From: Neophaeotheca triangularis
Lineage: Eukaryota
Length of the DNA stretch: 64,000 nucleotides
NCBI GenBank assembly: GCA_054600435.1
Contig: BAAIJX010000015.1
Coordinates: forward strand, 310,001-374,000
Reading direction: 5' to 3'
The notes under the pieces were generated by a model. The model saw only the letters and a program-made list of their open reading frames with translations, made no database searches and was not told where the DNA came from. Made by a program: the position numbers and the translations under genes. Each line of letters opens with the position of its first letter. Positions within the stretch are counted from its first letter, which is position 1. Positions 22,325 to 33,210 of this stretch are shown here, in pieces.

Positions 22325-25282
22325 ATGGCATCAGTTCTCTCCTTTTTCCTCGTGACCGCCAGCCTAGCAACGGCGAGTGCTGATGGTTCTGGCAATGCTA
22401 GCAACCCATCAACAAGGCTCTACAGATACGTCGACCCTTTGGTTGGGACTGTGGGATCTACGCCCGGATCCGCCGTAAGTCGAATCTCTAGCCATTTTGT
22501 CAACGGACACTGCTGATGATGGCTCTCAGATTGCAGGCGGCAACTCCTTTCCAGGAGCATCGCTGCCATGGGGAATGGTCAAAGCCGGTATAGACACGAG
22601 CTACATTGGGATTCCCGAAGGTCTCGCAGTCGATGCGAATGCCGGATATTCTCCTCTCGGCAATGTAACAGGAATCTCCATGACCCATGTTTCTGGCACG
22701 GGCGGCGTGCCTACGTATGGTCTGATATCTCAGATGCCTATTGTTGGCGATCTAATGGGCGTAAACCTGGCCGACAACACCACCTACTGGCAAAACCGTT
22801 CGATGGACTCCGAGTCGGCTACAGTGGGCTTGTTCACAACCACGCTGTTGAACGGTGTTAAGATAGAGGTTACTTCCAGCAACCACTCAGCGCTCGTTCG
22901 CTATCATTTTCCTTCAAGCTCCGACGGAGTGAACAGCACAGCTCAAGTCGTGGGCTACGATGATGTCTCGGGCAGTGGCGAGACCACGAGCAACGACGCA
23001 CACGTGCTCGCAGACCTGACCCATGTACTGCCAGGATATGGCTCGCAGTCTTATTCGCAGAAGTATTTCCACGGCAACGTACACCTCCGCTCAGCCGATT
23101 CCGGACAGCCATCTTACTATGGGTCGGCGTCGTATACAGGTGGATGGTCGCAGCCTGATCTCCATACTCTACATTTCTGTGGTAACTTTAGCGTGCCTTC
23201 CACCTCTTCCCTTCAGCCGAGCAATGCCTACGTACAGGATTTCACGAGAGATCGTGTCTCCGGCGCTGGATCGCTCAGTTGGTCCTACAATCCTTTCGAG
23301 CCACCTGCTTTCGAAGACCGACCTAACGCTTCTTCGTGGAGGGATTCGGTTGCTTATGCCGGAAGCGGTCAAGGGCTGGGAGCGTTGTTCAGCTGGACCC
23401 CCGGCGGCAACAACGCCACTGGCTCGAACGTACTCGAGGCGCGTCTCGGTATTTCGTACATCAGTGCTCAGCAGGCTTGTTCAAATGTCGCCAAAGAGCT
23501 CCCACCGTCGATGGAATTTGATCAGGTCGTCGATCAAGCGAGGCATGACTGGGAGAGCAAGGTTCTTGGCATGATCGAGGTTGAAGATGATGGATCTTCC
23601 AGCTCCCAAAACACAACTCTGAAAACCATGCTATACACTGCCTTGTATCAAACTGGGCTAATGCCCACGGACAAGACGGGCGAGAATCCCTACTGGAAGA
23701 CTGACGACAGCAATCCGTACTACGACGACATGTACACCATGTGGGATATCTACCGCACTGTGATGCCACTCTACCATCTGATATACACGCAGACCTACAG
23801 CCGCATCATCTCCGGCTTGATCTCGATCTTTACCAACGACGGCTTCTTGCCAGCAGGGCGTATCGCGAACTGGAACGGCAGAGTGCAAGGCGGCACGCAC
23901 GCAGACATGGTCCTCGCAGACGCTTACGTCAAGGATGTTGCTTCCGCCTTCACCAACGATACCGGGAATGGCGAGCTAGGTGCGGGTATCGATTGGCACG
24001 AAGCGTTCGCTGCTGTGCTGCAAGACGGGCTCACTCAGCCTGTGCGTAATGTCGACCCCGTGTGTTTCGACGGCTCGTCGAAAGAAGGTCGCGGCGCTTT
24101 GGAAGACTACTTGGCTCTACATTACATCACCCGCAACAACACTCGAAGCATCTCTCGTGGCGTCGAATACTCCCAGAATGACTTTGCTATCTGGTCGATG
24201 GCGGCGCGGATGTCCAACAGCACAGGCCAGGTCAATGATTTCCTTGACCGCTCCTCTTGGTGGCAGAACCAGTGGGACCCCGAGGTCAACACTACGCTTG
24301 AGGGGTACGGTACATTCACTGGTTTCCCTGCTCCTCACAATCAAGATGGTAGCTGGAACACGACCGACTACGACCCTCTCAGCTGCGGAGGCTGCGGCTG
24401 GGCAGATGACATCTACGAGGCCACTGTTTGGTGAGTTACCTCTCCACAACACAGTCCAGACAGGTGTAGGACGAAGACAGCTAACGTACACACAGGGAAA
24501 CCGCCTTCTCCGCTGCTCCACACGACATGGCCAAGCTGATCCAGCTGATGGGTGGAGATGAAGCCTTCCTCAATCGTCTAGATGCCACTTTTGTTCCCGG
24601 CTTCGGCACGAGCGTCGGCGAGAACAACGACGCGGGCACTGCTCTCTACAACCCAGGAAACGAACCAAGTTTTGCCACTCCGTTCCTCTACAACTACGTG
24701 CCAGGCAACAGCTGGAGGACTGTGCAGAGAACTCGGGCGATTGTGGATGAATTCTACTCAACCGAAAGGAACGGGTACGTCAAAACCGAAGGACATGAAT
24801 GCAGTCTTTACATCCATGAAGAGAACAGAGAGTCTTGCTAATTGCTGTGATACAGTGTCCCCGGCAACATCGACGGCGGAGCCCTCCCCAGCTGGCTCGT
24901 ATTCAGCTTAATTGGCATGGTGAGGACTGACTACATTCACAACGATATACACGTAGCGGTCAAAGGCTAACGAAAAAACAAACAGTACCCGGTATCCGCG
25001 CAATCGGTCTACCTGCTGAGCGTCCCTCGTTTCTCGGCGCTCAAGCTGCATCTCTTCTCCGGAACGCCACAAGCCAAGACGCTGGCCATTACTGCTCCGG
25101 GTCTGAGCGAGACGAACATATACCCGCAAACTGTGACGTTCAATGGCCGGGAGTTGGATAAGAGCTGGCTCACGCATGCCGAGCTGAGTCAAGGAGGCAG
25201 CTTGGTGTTTGAGATGGGTGAAATGCCAGCGCGCTGGGACGATGGCGAGAGACCACCTAGTTTGTCCGGGTATCAAGAGTAG
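22325..25282 (+). CDS. Secreted glycoside hydrolase family 92 (alpha-1,2-mannosidase); exons 22325-22474, 22530-24430, 24496-24774, 24856-24919, 24986-25282
   Basis: Signal peptide MASVLSFFLVTASLATASA; GH92 motifs YVDPLVGT, FPGASLPWGMVK, HVSGTGG, WDIYRT, QGGTHADMV, YEA, NPGNEPSF and PGNIDGGA. Four canonical introns preserve the frame. Confidence 0.92.
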
Positions 25283-25411
25283 CGTAGTAGCTACAGTAGC
25301 GGCATGCATCGACGACGCGATCGCTTTCTAACTACGTTGGCCAAAGTCGTTGTAGCTGTTCGTTCTCTCCTTCGCTCGAGCTCTTCGACTGGCAAACACT
25401 TCGCGCATGCT

Positions 25412-26965
25412 TCATTCGGCATCGTTGAGCTCAACGTCACCCATCTCATCAATCAGCTGATCCATGGGAATGTGCAAGCCCTCATCGTCATCACCCTGGC
25501 CATCCTCCTCCATCTCATTGATAGCTTCGATCCTACGGTCCTCGCTACGGTACAAATTGGCACCCTGTCGGAGTTCGGGATCTTGCTCGAGATCTTGCAG
25601 GAATTGCTCATAATCGAGCTCGTCCTGGGCCTCTTGATGCTTGAGCGGCTTCATTTCGCTTTCCTCGCGAGCCATGCGCTTCAGGCGGAAGTTACGGCTC
25701 TTGGCCTTCTTGCGGCGCGGGTAGTGCTTCTTGACCAGTATCACGTCCGGGATTTGCTGCGAGTATTGCTTGCTGTTCTCAATGGCTTCGAAGTTGTCGT
25801 TGTTGAACTGAGTGCCTGTGAGGTGGTAACCCATGACGCTGTCTCCGGCGTTGAGAACATTGCCCAAGTGGGTGCGGACGTTGTATGTAGTGTCGTTGAC
25901 ACCGAGGTCGGAAGAGCGGGCGACGGTGGCCTCGGCGAGCAGGAAGCGTCCTTTCTGAGGACCAATGGGCTCGATGTCCATCACGATGAACTCGACAAGG
26001 TCTTGCACGTCGGCGAGCGGTGCGAAAGGAGCCCGCCAATAAATGGGTGTGCTGAGGTCGGCGGTTTGCAGGGTGTTTGCGTCAAGGAAGTTGACTGAGG
26101 TGCCCACTCTGTAGCAAAGAGTGAGAGGCGGAATGTTGCCAATGGCTTTTGCAATCTTGATGGGCAAGGCTACAAGGTCGTCCTTGCATATTGGTACCAG
26201 GTTGCACGAGTAAGTGAATTTGTACGACTTGGTCGACGTGTGAACGTCCATAGAAATGAGTTCTTGGCTCTTCTTTGATTGAACCGGCGAGACGGAGCTC
26301 AAGAAATTGACGAATCCTTCCGCATGATTTCGTTGCGCGAAGAAAAAGTCTATACCGTTGTGTACTTCTTTGATGTTGATGGTGTCCTTGTGCGCGCCTT
26401 GCTTCAGGATAAGCTGCTCCAGCCAGAGGAAAGTTCGCTTATGGGGAACCTTTTGTCTGACTTGAACTACTGCTCGCCAGGTGTTGTGTGTGTAGGACTT
26501 TGCGCAGTCAGGGCACTGCTGCCACTGCTGTACAAACTCGACATCAAAAGTCTGCTGCAAAATGGTCCCCTGGAAAGCCTCCTGTTGCACTGTGATCTTG
26601 ACCTTGATTCTTCTCGAATGCGGCTCGGTCCAGATAAATGATGCGTCAATGACTCGTGTCTTGTTTAACCCTCGCAGCTTTTTCAAACAAATTGCCAGCA
26701 ACTCTCTCGATTCGGGCGAGGCCACTAGCCACTGGTTCGGCGGGTTCAGCCAGCGGTCGCAGTCTCTGCACATATGAAGAATTCCGTCTCGCTGGATACC
26801 CTCAGAGATGTCGATTGTGAGTTTGACGCAGTCATAGCAAAGGGCTCCGGCCGCTTGAGTGCCATCTATGGGCGCGCCGCAGTTGCAGCACAGGATGGTG
26901 GCGGAAGTTGTTTGTCGTGTCTGGTCCGGTGGGAGGGGCACCGCTGAATCGATGTCCATGGACAT
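25412..26965 (-). CDS. NMD3: 60S ribosomal export adapter Nmd3
   Basis: ILCCNCG, CYDC, CRDC and CPDC Zn motifs; DASFIWTEPHSRRIKVK; QVRQKVPHKRTFLWLEQLILK; acidic, Leu-rich NES tail. Confidence 0.97.
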   Translation of the reverse strand: MSMDIDSAVPLPPDQTRQTTSATILCCNCGAPIDGTQAAGALCYDCVKLTIDISEGIQRDGILHMCRDCDRWLNPPNQWLVASPESRELLAICLKKLRGLNKTRVIDASFIWTEPHSRRIKVKITVQQEAFQGTILQQTFDVEFVQQWQQCPDCAKSYTHNTWRAVVQVRQKVPHKRTFLWLEQLILKQGAHKDTINIKEVHNGIDFFFAQRNHAEGFVNFLSSVSPVQSKKSQELISMDVHTSTKSYKFTYSCNLVPICKDDLVALPIKIAKAIGNIPPLTLCYRVGTSVNFLDANTLQTADLSTPIYWRAPFAPLADVQDLVEFIVMDIEPIGPQKGRFLLAEATVARSSDLGVNDTTYNVRTHLGNVLNAGDSVMGYHLTGTQFNNDNFEAIENSKQYSQQIPDVILVKKHYPRRKKAKSRNFRLKRMAREESEMKPLKHQEAQDELDYEQFLQDLEQDPELRQGANLYRSEDRRIEAINEMEEDGQGDDDEGLHIPMDQLIDEMGDVELNDAE

Positions 26966-27173
26966 GGTGGGCTAGGGTGAAGCGGTATGAACCGGCCTTG
27001 GTTTAGTTGTCGTTCAACAGGCCTTTAGGATGTTTGCAGGTATCACAGAACTTTTCCAATAGCCGGTCGCTTTGTAGAGTTGTAGGGCAAGAAGAGCAGA
27101 CGGGAGACAGAGAAAGTGAGGGAGCGTGTGAGGTCACTCCAGTCTGTTACAAATTCAGAAGCGCCACCAAGCT

Positions 27174-27221
27174 GCGATAAGAATCCAAGATAAGATAAGA
27201 TTCTCGAATGGTATCGATAAG
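27174..27221. promoter_or_regulatory. Cluster of four GATAAG motifs, including GCGATAAG and ATCGATAAG, in the NMD3/CLR2 divergent promoter
   Basis: GATAAG occurs at 27176, 27189, 27194 and 27216. The motifs are PAC-like (GCGATGAG) or GATA-type. Confidence 0.5.
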
Positions 27222-27460
27222 AGCTGGGCTGGCTACTACTCTCTGCGAGATACCTCCTGCAGTCCGGTGTGTCCGGGTACCACTGGGTGCGGTCCACAAC
27301 ACCAGGCTCATAACCCGCCAACAACACTCTTGTGGGACGACGCTGAGCGAGTCGCGCCTCGCAATGCAATATCCCATCTAACTGATCATTTAGCCTGGAC
27401 AACATCCACGCCCGTGTTGTTCTCCCACCACGGACGGCGCCGTGACACCTCAAGGTCAAG

Positions 27461-29596
27461 ATGGGCGCTTTTTATCCAGTCTACGCTCGGCGCAGCGATG
27501 GCAAAATGGAAATCACGCCCAAGGGTAAAAGTAAGGAGAGGAATGAGCCGACGGCGGAACAGCTGGATCAATCACCCAACAGCAAAGGGATCAGCGACTA
27601 CTACCGCCTGGTCAAACCTACCGACATGAAATCGCTCGACTGGCGGAGAAAGTTGGGCGGTATGCTGGCACGTGAGCTTGGTCAGAGCAGCAGCGGTGGT
27701 AGGAGAACTCTCTTTACAGTGAAAGTTGCGATGGGGCTAACTGTTGACGAAGATGCTGGTTATATGCTCGCCGTTTTCCCCGAAAACTACCGGCTGTACG
27801 AGCACGTCAAAAAGACCGAGAAGGAAGGGCAGACTGAGCTCAAGAGCAAGACTCATGCAGCCGGTGGTAACGACAGACAGGATGCATACCTCTACGGTCA
27901 CCCGCTCGGCCGTAAGAAGAGGTTTCGAAGCCCGGCCGATTTCTTCCCACACCTTCTGTGGCTATGTACCGATGAGTCTGGCGATCCCGACAATTGTACC
28001 TGCAAGATATGTTCCCCTGAAGACCTGGAGAAAGAATTGCCCGCTTCAGCGAGAGCAAAAGTCGAGAAGTTAGTGAAACCGGAGCCAACAGCCAAGCCCA
28101 TCTCGAAGCCGACCACCCCAACAGCACAATCTGGCCAGCAGTCACAGCCCGTCAAACAAGAGACCAGCCAAGTCGCGTCCAGATTAAGAACCCCTGCAGC
28201 AGAGGGGACGACTCCTACACCTCTACCAGCACCCATTTCCGAAGACCAAAAGATCGACAGGCAGTACAACAGCTTCATGTACAGGACTGGAGAAGTCGTG
28301 TGGTTTCAAAGGGGCAACGTGTGGGGTCTTGGGGTCATACTTCGACGATGGATGACTGCCCCAAGTGAACATCACTATGCCGTCCAGCCCCTCACAGATC
28401 CATTCAGCCATCAAGCAGCCCAGGTTAAGTCCCGAAACAGCGACATGAGGCCGTGGCTGGCGTGGAGTGTGCCACCGTTCACCAACCAAGGCTTAAATAG
28501 CATGATGCAGGTTGTGAGCTTCGACGACGCTGACTGGGCGGCCATAGTAGGGAAACGCTACGGCAGTGGCAACCTAGAGCAGGACGGTCCCATTCTGGCG
28601 GCAAAGACGATCGACTCCACCTACACACTCTTCGGGCTCAGCAAAACAGTGGAAACGGAGCCTGGCGTCACCTTGAAAACGTACAGTGGGATGTTCCTGG
28701 GCGCAGAAAAGATTTGGGTCGGCGATCCGATCCGCCTCAACGGAAGGTCTAGCACTGACGTCGCGGTCGTCGTTTCTGTCTTCGAACGTATTCAGAGATC
28801 CGCAATGGGCCAGCAAGTCATCCACCAAGAGACTTTCATCCTCGCAGATCACTACACGCTTGCCACAGTCAACCACACAAATCCCAACGTCACTACCCCC
28901 GCAGCCTCCTCCAACAACCCACATCTCCCGCACCGCCTGACGCAAGACCTGGCTTTCCGCAACGAAAGATCGATTCGCGTCTCTCAAACGGCTTCTTACA
29001 TGTCACTCATCGCACCGCAACGGCGGCTGAGCCTCGGCGACATTAAGGGACGCTGGTACGAAGCAAGCCTGTTGCTACCCATCCTCCAGCCCGGCGCACT
29101 CGACAAGCCAGCTCAAAAAGGCGAAGTACTGGAGACAGGCCTGTGGATGAACAACCGAGGCGACTGCCAAAACGCCAGCCGTCCCCCTCAGCTGCCGCCA
29201 TTACCAAAACCCAACGTCCGAAAAGATACCCGTCGCGCCGCTCTCGGCAAGGCCGTACCCCCAGACGCTAAGATCGAGGACGACACCGAACCGCCAACAG
29301 CTTCGCGGCCACAGAACATCAACCAGAGCACCGGCGGTGGTCTGGGTTCCTCGTCTTCGCAAGCGATACCGCTGGACATGGACATGGAGATTGACCCGAG
29401 GTTCGAGACCGCGGAGGACAGCACGAATCGTCAAGGTCGCCAGGGCGGTACCAGCAGTGCTTTCGGTGGCAGCGACGGGCTTGACGAGTTTATGAACCTC
29501 GATAGCGCTGGTGACTCGCAGTCGGTTTCGCAGCCTCTTCCAGGTTTCGGGCAGGAGTACAGCAGTCATGGACAGAGCGGCAATAGCTACTATTGA
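27461..29596 (+). CDS. CLR2: Transcription-silencing protein Clr2 (SHREC component) homolog; probable in-frame intron 27699-27752
   Basis: FPENYRLYEH, RQDAYLYGHP, FRSPADFFPHLLWL, CTCKIC, RPWLAWSVP, GMFLGAEKIWVGD and IKGRWYE, all typical of fungal Clr2. Confidence 0.85.
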   Translation: MGAFYPVYARRSDGKMEITPKGKSKERNEPTAEQLDQSPNSKGISDYYRLVKPTDMKSLDWRRKLGGMLARELGQSSSGGRRTLFTVKVAMGLTVDEDAGYMLAVFPENYRLYEHVKKTEKEGQTELKSKTHAAGGNDRQDAYLYGHPLGRKKRFRSPADFFPHLLWLCTDESGDPDNCTCKICSPEDLEKELPASARAKVEKLVKPEPTAKPISKPTTPTAQSGQQSQPVKQETSQVASRLRTPAAEGTTPTPLPAPISEDQKIDRQYNSFMYRTGEVVWFQRGNVWGLGVILRRWMTAPSEHHYAVQPLTDPFSHQAAQVKSRNSDMRPWLAWSVPPFTNQGLNSMMQVVSFDDADWAAIVGKRYGSGNLEQDGPILAAKTIDSTYTLFGLSKTVETEPGVTLKTYSGMFLGAEKIWVGDPIRLNGRSSTDVAVVVSVFERIQRSAMGQQVIHQETFILADHYTLATVNHTNPNVTTPAASSNNPHLPHRLTQDLAFRNERSIRVSQTASYMSLIAPQRRLSLGDIKGRWYEASLLLPILQPGALDKPAQKGEVLETGLWMNNRGDCQNASRPPQLPPLPKPNVRKDTRRAALGKAVPPDAKIEDDTEPPTASRPQNINQSTGGGLGSSSSQAIPLDMDMEIDPRFETAEDSTNRQGRQGGTSSAFGGSDGLDEFMNLDSAGDSQSVSQPLPGFGQEYSSHGQSGNSYY

Positions 29597-30157
29597 GCAT
29601 CGTTTTTGCGGAGCTTTCTCCAAGCATTGATGGATGTTGGCTTTTCTATGGTGGGAATTTACAAGCGAGGCGTTGGTAGGGTACTAGCATTTAGATACCC
29701 CTTTGCTAAAGGTATTGCTAAAGGTATTGAAAACCAACCTATTCTTACGCAATGGAAACAATCGAAGAGAAAAACCTTTCAAGAAAGAATGACTCTTCTG
29801 CATGCCACCGGTACGTGCTAAAATGCTGCCTCTGCCTCTGGTCACAACGAGCCTCCTCACCTCGCAACGACCAGTCTGAGCAGCCGTCGCAAGTGTAAGG
29901 ATTCCCTTTGGCCGTGGTCAGGTTTACTTTCAAAAAGGAACTGATACCTGCCGGAACCCCTTATAGCCAGCTTGAATGCCTCGTTACTTTGCCCCCCCGC
30001 GGTAGCGATCACACTTAGGTCAAACACTATGGCTACCTAGTAGTTAGTGCAGGTTTCCTCCGACTAATCGAACTATATGACACTACGAAAGAGTAGCAGC
30101 GTAGCATAGCCCGGGGGCCAAGGTCTATTGTATGCATTACCTACAAACTACAAAAGC

Positions 30158-30975
30158 CTAAAACTTCTCAAGCATAGGCCTGATATCAATCTCGTTTGCC
30201 CACCCTCTCCTCCCCTGCACATGCAAACTCCAGTACGTTTCAGCAATCTCCTCGGCCGATATTTTTGCCTCGGCAGGCATGTCCTTCAGCCACTCTTTCG
30301 TCTTGGGGATGTCGATGACGCCGTCTATAACGGCGTGGGCGACGTGCACGCCTTGCGGTCCGAATTCGCGGGCTAGGGAGAGGGCTAGGGCGCGTTTGGC
30401 ATGTTTGGGGGCTGCGAAGCTGGAGAATTGCGCCGAGGACTTGGTCGAGGCGGTTGCGCCGGTGAAAATTAGTGTGCCTGGGTTCATGGAGTCTGTTGCT
30501 GAGGCTTGGGTTTTGGAGTGGGCGAGGAGAAGGGGCAGGGTGGATTGAGCGAAATTGAAGGCGCCCTTGCTGCGGCCGAGGGAATCAGTTTACCTACACC
30601 TGGGTTTGATTTTGTGTGTCTGGCGACTTACCAGCTAACCTCGAACCCGGAGTACCAGTCTTCAGCCGTTTGTTCCAGAAAAGGACCCTTGCTGAACTTG
30701 CCGCTGGCATTGAAGATGGCGGCCGCGCAGTCGGCACCATTGGTCTCACTCTTGATCTTCTCGAAGGCCTCTCGTACGCTCTTCTCGCTCGAGACGTCGG
30801 TACTGATGCCAAAGGCTTTGCCGCCCGCGCCATTGATTTCTTCGACTAGAGACTTGAAGTTGTCTGGGTTACGGGCGAGCAGGACGACCGGGTAGGCTTT
30901 GGCGAAACGGCGGGCTACTGCTGCGCCTGTGCCCGGGCCAACGCCCGCGACTACTGCGAACGGGTTTGGTGGCAT
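30158..30975 (-). CDS. Short-chain dehydrogenase/reductase; exons 30975-30632 and 30569-30158; possible non-AUG N-terminal extension from 31020
   Basis: Rossmann motif VAGVGPGTG, IFNASG, LIFTGATAS, FAAPK in place of YxxxK, AREFGPQGVHVAH and DGVID. Intron 30631-30570 reads GTAAGT..CTGAT..CAG. Confidence 0.9.
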
Positions 30976-32240
30976 GGTGGAATGGGAGAGGTGGGAAGAT
31001 ATCTGTCGGGTCCTGTCCGTTGTGCTGTTGGGTGTTGATTTGGTTGATTTGGAAGCGGTCCGAACGATGGTAGTCAAAGACGCTGATAGAGAGGTATATA
31101 CACTTATGATGGAAAGAGGAGCAAAGGAAAGGCAGCTTTTGTCACTTATCTTTTATGTACTGCGAGCTTGATCAATGTCCATTCGAACGCAAAGAAACTC
31201 CGCCGTTAACAGCCCTGGGCCCCCCGAAGCAGCGATGGATGTCGTCACTGGAAGCCCAGGGTGCCCAGGTGTGGAGGTGGAGGGAGGTATCCGCCCCGCT
31301 GTGCTCAAGAGGTAAGTTACTGACTACTGTAATGGAGAGATTCTGAGATACGGCCTAGAAAGATCTTGCGGTTTAGGTACAAGTAGCAAAGTGTGATTTA
31401 GTGATTTATTGGTTTGCTCGAGATGCAACAGCAAGCGATTCCGAATTCCCCATCCGCATCCACCCAGCAGGCCCACCTGCAGTCTCTCAAACTCGCCGCG
31501 GTTTTAAAGCTTTCGGACACCATTGCCCCATTCCTTCAAAACATCGCTGGCCGCCGATATAAGCATAGCATTGAAGGCATGCACTACCGTTTGGGGGCAG
31601 ACAAACTGCCCAGCCGGTATCCCCGAAGTGGTTCGGCTCTCTGGTTGAACTGTGATGTTGCTGCGATCACTACTACAAGGTTTATCAATGGTATGTATCT
31701 CACCATCAAAGCATTCGCTTCATGCTTTCAAGTCAGCGAACGCTCTGCAGGCGAGGGAAGGCTAATAACGACCTTCGTTTTTTACTCTCCCCTAGTCGTA
31801 TAACTGTGGAAGCCATTGCAGTTAAGGCTACTAAGTAGATATACTAGGGTTGCTTGGTGGTGGGGGTGGTGGTGGGGGTTGCGGTTCCGAATCGAGTTGG
31901 GTTTATCTATGGCCAGTACAAGGACGGCTGCCCGGCGCTGGCTCTGGAGATATTTGACCTGTGTGCGTGCTTCTCTTTGCTCTGGACAGGAGCGAGACCT
32001 TATTCCACCCTTCTCCACTTACGGTTCGCTTGTTCTTGAAACTCTTGAAAGGGTACGTAGTACTGGCGTTTTGAAGGCTTTTGCAATCCACGGTATCTCG
32101 CTACTCCTCGTCTCGTGAATGAGACAAAACGCCGCCGAAGACTCGCTAGCAGCCCGCAATAGGGTAGCACTTGCCGCTCGCATCAAGGCTCCTCAAACCG
32201 CCAAACTCGTGGAGCAACAGACGCAGAAAGATCCCCCACT

Positions 32241-32783
32241 CTAAGCCGCAGTCTTCTTCTTGTTCAACTCCCTGCCCTTCGCGATGCGCTCCAAAATGTT
32301 CTCGCGGTCCTTGTCGAGCTTGAGCTTGGTCACCTCGACCTTAGATGGGGCAATGCCGATGGGTACGCTCTGGCCGTTGGTCTTCTCGCGGCTGACGCGC
32401 TCGACGTGGATGACGTATTTGAGACGGTAGACGGATGTGATCTTGCCCTCACGGCCCTTGTTGGTGCCGCGCTTGATGACCACCTCGTCGTCCTTGCGGA
32501 GAGGGATGGCGCGAACCTTTGCTTGGGTATTAGTATCCTTTGTATGGCCGCGTGGTGCGGGAACACTGCTGTTGCTGCAATGGTTAGAAGCGACATACAT
32601 TGTGCTTTTCCCTGAGTTCTAAAAAGAAGTCAGTACTCTTCCTCATCTCATCCTGCCGTTGTTGTCCTTACCCTTGGAGAGAGGCGCGCTCATGATAACT
32701 CTGCGGACGCTGGAAGGAGCCTGGAAGTGCTCCTTACGGCTCTTTCTCCGGCTGGAGTGGACTTGGGAGTTGACCTTCGTCAT
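32241..32783 (-). CDS. RPL26: 60S ribosomal protein L26 (uL24); exons 32783-32672, 32618-32599 (20-nt micro-exon), 32516-32241
   Basis: Spliced product [58 protein letters not shown]...[12 protein letters not shown]...[10 protein letters not shown]. Confidence 0.97.
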
Positions 32784-33210
32784 TTCGGCGGTGTTTGAAC
32801 GGAGTGTTGGGTGTCGTAGTCGTAATTTGTCGTCGCCGTCGCCGGGTGAAGTCAATCGTGTTTTGGTAGACTTCAATATCGAAAATTGCGACCAGCGCAC
32901 GGTGCTGAGTGCCTGAAGTCTTGGCAGTGACGCCTGACTTAGGTAAGCTGCGGGTTCTAGATGGCTTCCCGAACATCAACTGCGCGTGTCGCGACGGACA
33001 TTCAATCAAGACGAGTCCAGACGACAATTTGGACGGCTTGCAATTTCAAAAACACACGGGACCTCGCCGGGGATGTCGAGGTCACATTAATGGCCATAAA
33101 GCTTCCATGCGCTGCGAAGCTAAGCAAGTGAGGGTCGTTCACTGCCTGTTTCATTCGCGCCGAGCGCGCTCTCCCAGCTACCAGCTGAGTTGTGTGAAGA
33201 GACGGCCAAG

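Noticed and set aside
29703..29729. 12-bp tandem duplication TTGCTAAAGGTA (a similar 11-bp one lies near 47592)
   Set aside because: Isolated slippage-type duplications with no associated transposon ends.
31343..31375. CTGAGA-TACGG resembling the start of a TPP riboswitch
   Set aside because: It lacks the downstream CTTGATC..GATAATAC..GCG core and has no thiamine-related gene or intron context.
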